A stretch of 64,000 nt of DNA from Mobula hypostoma (Eukaryota): positions 183,398,001 to 183,462,000 of the forward strand of contig NC_086097.1 in the NCBI RefSeq assembly GCF_963921235.1, given 5' to 3'. Positions within the stretch are counted from its first letter, which is position 1; each line of letters opens with the position of its first letter. Positions 61,158 to 64,000 of the stretch are shown one piece after another. Made by a program: the position numbers and the translations under genes. The notes beneath the pieces were generated by a model. It did no database searches. It saw only the letters and a program-made list of their open reading frames with translations, and had not been told where the DNA came from.

Positions 61158-61514
61158 GCACCTCTTCCTATAGATGCTGCTTGGCCTGCTGCTTTCACCA
61201 GCAGCTTTGATGTATGTATCTTTAAATTATTCCCACTTTTCATGATAGTTGATATTCTGGCTGGATACTTTGCAGCCCTAAAGTAACTTGCTTGGTCTGT
61301 ATCAAAACAGTTTATCCCGAACAACTCTGACCTTGTCCTGTCAGATTGCATTTGTCCTATTCATCCCTCCCTCATCCTCTTACAATTAAAAAAAAATACA
61401 CTTTTCCACTCTTTTACAAAATTCTGAAGAAAGATCTTTAAATGAAATGTTAACTTTGTCCCTTTCCACTGATACTGTATGATAGAAGAATTTTGAGCGT
61501 TTTCCCTTTTACAG

Positions 61515-62187
61515 AATCACCCACACACAAAAACTGGGAGGCTGAACAATGGTTATATGTGCCTGGACTGACAAGTCAAAATTTGAAATTTTTGGCTCAA
61601 ACAGGAGGCAGTGTGGCCGTAGAAGAGCTACAGAGCGCTACATGGTTGTTTTCCTGCAGGTTTGGGGCTGCATTTCTGTAAATGGATTTGGTGATATGGT
61701 CAGAACTAACAGAATCCTCAGTGCTGAGAAATACAAGCAGGTTTTCATCTATCACACAATACTATCAGGGAGATGTTTGATTGCTCCCAGCTTCATTCTG
61801 CAGTAGGACAATGACCCCAAACACATGGCCAAACTCAGAAGAACTATCTTCAAGGAGATGGTATGGCCTCCAGAGTCCCAATCTTAACACCACTGAAGCT
61901 GTCTGGAAGAGACAAAGGCAAGCGAGACGGCCAAAGTCTGCAGAACTGTGGCAAATTCTCCAAGATGCTTAAAACCTACCAGCTGATTTTCTTATAAAAC
62001 TGCACGATGCTGTACCTAAGAAAATTGATGCAGTTTAAAGGCAAAGGGTGGTTATACCAAATATTGATTCAATTTAGTTTACTGCTCTTTATAGTATTTT
62101 TGATAATGAGAAACTGTTCATTTAATTTTTGAAAGCATCTTCATTTTACAGTATTTTTTGTGCTTAAGATTTTTGTACAGTACTGTA
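61515..62187 (+). mobile_element. Tc1-like transposon 3' half (decayed DDE region and right TIR)
   Basis: WTDKSKFEIFGSNRR, VWGCIS, Q*DNDPKH, SPNLNTTEAVW; ends ttttgtacagtactgTA. Confidence 0.85.
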
Positions 62188-62502
62188 TACAACATAAAGA
62201 GGGTCTTTCAACCCACCTCAACCATGCCAACTATGATGCCTATCTTTGCTAATTCCATTTGCCTATGCCTTTCCTATTAAACTGTCCAAATGCCTTTTAA
62301 GTATTGCAATTTTATCTGACTACACTACTTCCTCTGTCAGCTTATTCATGATATTCACTACATTGACACTAAACATGAACAAAAACTTGGTTAACAAACA
62401 GAAAGCAGTATACAGGTACAGGGGTGGGACCATTTATACGTTGGCAACCTGTGACCAGTGGGATACTATAGAAATCAATCCTAGGACATCACTGTTTGCA
62501 AT

Positions 62503-63019
62503 ATACACTCAATGACCACAATCATGTGGCAGCAACTCGATGCAAAAAAGCATGCAGACATGGTCAAGTAGTTCAGTTGTTGTTCAAACCAAATGAGGAG
62601 GAAATATGATCTAAGTGATTTTGAATGTCGAATTAATATTGGTGCCAGATGGGGTTGTTTGAGTATCTCAGGAACTGCTGATCTCCTGTGATTTTCATGC
62701 ACAACGATCTCCAGAGTTTACAGAGAATGGTGCGAAAAACAAAAAAAAACATCCAGTGAGCGACAGTTCTGTGGGCAAAAAACACCTTGGTAATGAGAGA
62801 GGTCACAGGAGAATGGCCAGACTGGTTCAAGCTGACAGGAAGGTTACAGTAACTCAAATAATTGCCTGTTACAACAGTAGTGAGCAGAAAATGAGCTGAA
62901 TGCAGAATACATTGAACCTTGAAGTGGATGGGCTACAACAACAGGAGACCACCAACATACACTGAGTGGCCATTTTATAAGGCACAGGAGGCAACTAATA
63001 AAGTGGCCCTGAGTGTATA
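62503..63019 (+). mobile_element. Non-autonomous Tc1-like element
   Basis: Ends TAcactcaatgaccac ... gtggccctgagtgTA; paired-like HTH remnant DLSDFECR..GARWGCLSISGTADLL*FSCTTISRVYREW. Confidence 0.8.
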
Positions 63020-63194
63020 TTAATATCTCAGAGGAATAAAGCAAATGGAATGTAATCAGTTTTTGTGGATAATATAAAAGGCAAGACATAAGGAGGATAA
63101 TCAGTTCAGAGATACTATGAGTGGGTGTAATATTGGCTGAATGGCCTAATTCTGCTCCTATGTCTTCTGGTCTAACTAGATAATGAGAATCCAA

Positions 63195-64000
63195 TTAAAT
63201 AAACAACACACAAAAAAAAACCATTGCACTTTTTCCATTTATTTATTGATAAAAATGATCCAATATTACACGTATATGTTAGAAAAAGTGTGTGAACCTC
63301 TGGGGGTAATGCCTTCTGCAAAAGCTATTTGGAGTCAAGTGTTCCAATCTATCAGATGAGATTGGAGGTGTGGGTTGTAGAGGTCCCCTGCCCTATATTA
63401 GAAAAAAAGGCAGGTTACTGATACAGCCTGCTCTTCTCAAGAAAGATCTGTTTATGTGCACCATGTCTTGATCATAACAACTTTCAGAAAACCTTAGCAG
63501 AAAAATGATAGAGATGCATGAAGTTGGAAAAGGATACAAAAGCATTTCTAAAGATCTGAGTGTTCATCAGTCCACAGTAAGAGAAACTGTCTACAAATGG
63601 AGGAAATTAAGTACTGTTGCTACTCTCCCATGGAGTGGGCATCCTACAAAGATCACACCAAGAGCACGATGTGCAATGCTGAAGGAAGTGAAAAAAAAGA
63701 ACCCAACAGTAACAGCAAAAGACCTGAAAAATCTTTAGTACTTGCTAAAGTCTCAGTTCATGTGTCCACTATGAGAAAAACACTGAACAAGAATGGTTTT
63801 CATGGAAGGACATCACAAAGGAAACCACTGATCTCAAAAAAAAAATTGCTACACGTCTCAAGTTTGCAAAAGACCACCTGGATGTTCTACAACACCTCTA
63901 GGACAATGTTCTATAGACAGATAAGACAAAAGTTGAACTTTTTGGCAGAAATGCACATTGCTATGTTTGGAGGAAAAAGGGCACTGCACATCAGCACCAA
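63195..64000 (+). mobile_element. Tc1-like transposon 5' part (runs off the window)
   Basis: MHEVGKGYKSISKDLSVHQSTVRETVYKW...SGHPTKIT, later RKPLI, RLKFAKDHL, D+TKVELFG. Confidence 0.88.

Larger units (their letters stand above)
60938..61218. mobile_element. Palindromic Penelope-like insertion (121-bp arms, no spacer)
   Basis: Palindrome 60976-61217 centred on GGA|TCC (61096/61097) with 2 mismatches. 13-bp TSD TCTTTAAATTATT at 60925-60937 and 61219-61231. Confidence 0.9.

Noticed and set aside
61400..61500. Additional hammerhead-like motif CTGAAGA...GAAATGTTAAC
   Set aside because: Old Penelope-like terminus; stem II no longer pairs convincingly, so unlikely to be functional.
63529..63537. 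Minus-strand GTATCCTTT, a perfect U12 donor, as partner of the 58854 branch point
   Set aside because: It lies inside a Tc1 transposase remnant (GKGYK codons) with no CIBAR1-like exon adjacent. Treated as coincidental, although cryptic use cannot be excluded.

Overview
Vertebrate genomic DNA, most likely from a cartilaginous fish (inferred from the CR1, Penelope, V-SINE and Rex1 repeat landscape). Two host genes converge tail to tail. RBM12B lies on the + strand as a single coding exon (2186-4396). The 3' half of CIBAR1/FAM92A lies on the - strand: four ordinary exons at 48601-48705, 47074-47187, 44102-44221 and 39616-39735, plus a probable 6-nt microexon at 58838-58843 behind a U12-type branch point. 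Most of the rest is transposable elements: many nested CR1 LINEs (one full-length and two lesions from intact, 31452-35824), a decayed BEL/Pao LTR element, Rex1-like LINE pieces, Tc1 fragments, V-SINEs, Penelope-like remnants and a ~52-bp minisatellite. Four observations stand out. (1) An in-frame U_UUA_AAC slippery heptamer plus stop codon is conserved at the ORF1/ORF2 junction of three divergent CR1 copies, suggesting -1 ribosomal frameshifting. (2) A family of short fold-back Penelope-derived insertions carries 13-14 bp target-site duplications and minimal hammerhead ribozymes, including a 121-bp-arm palindrome with a ribozyme on each strand. (3) CIBAR1 has a minor-spliceosome intron followed by a microexon. 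(4) A tRNA-Glu is fused to a CR1 as a chimeric retrocopy. Repeat boundaries are approximate unless a TSD is given, and homology calls come from recalled motifs, not database searches.
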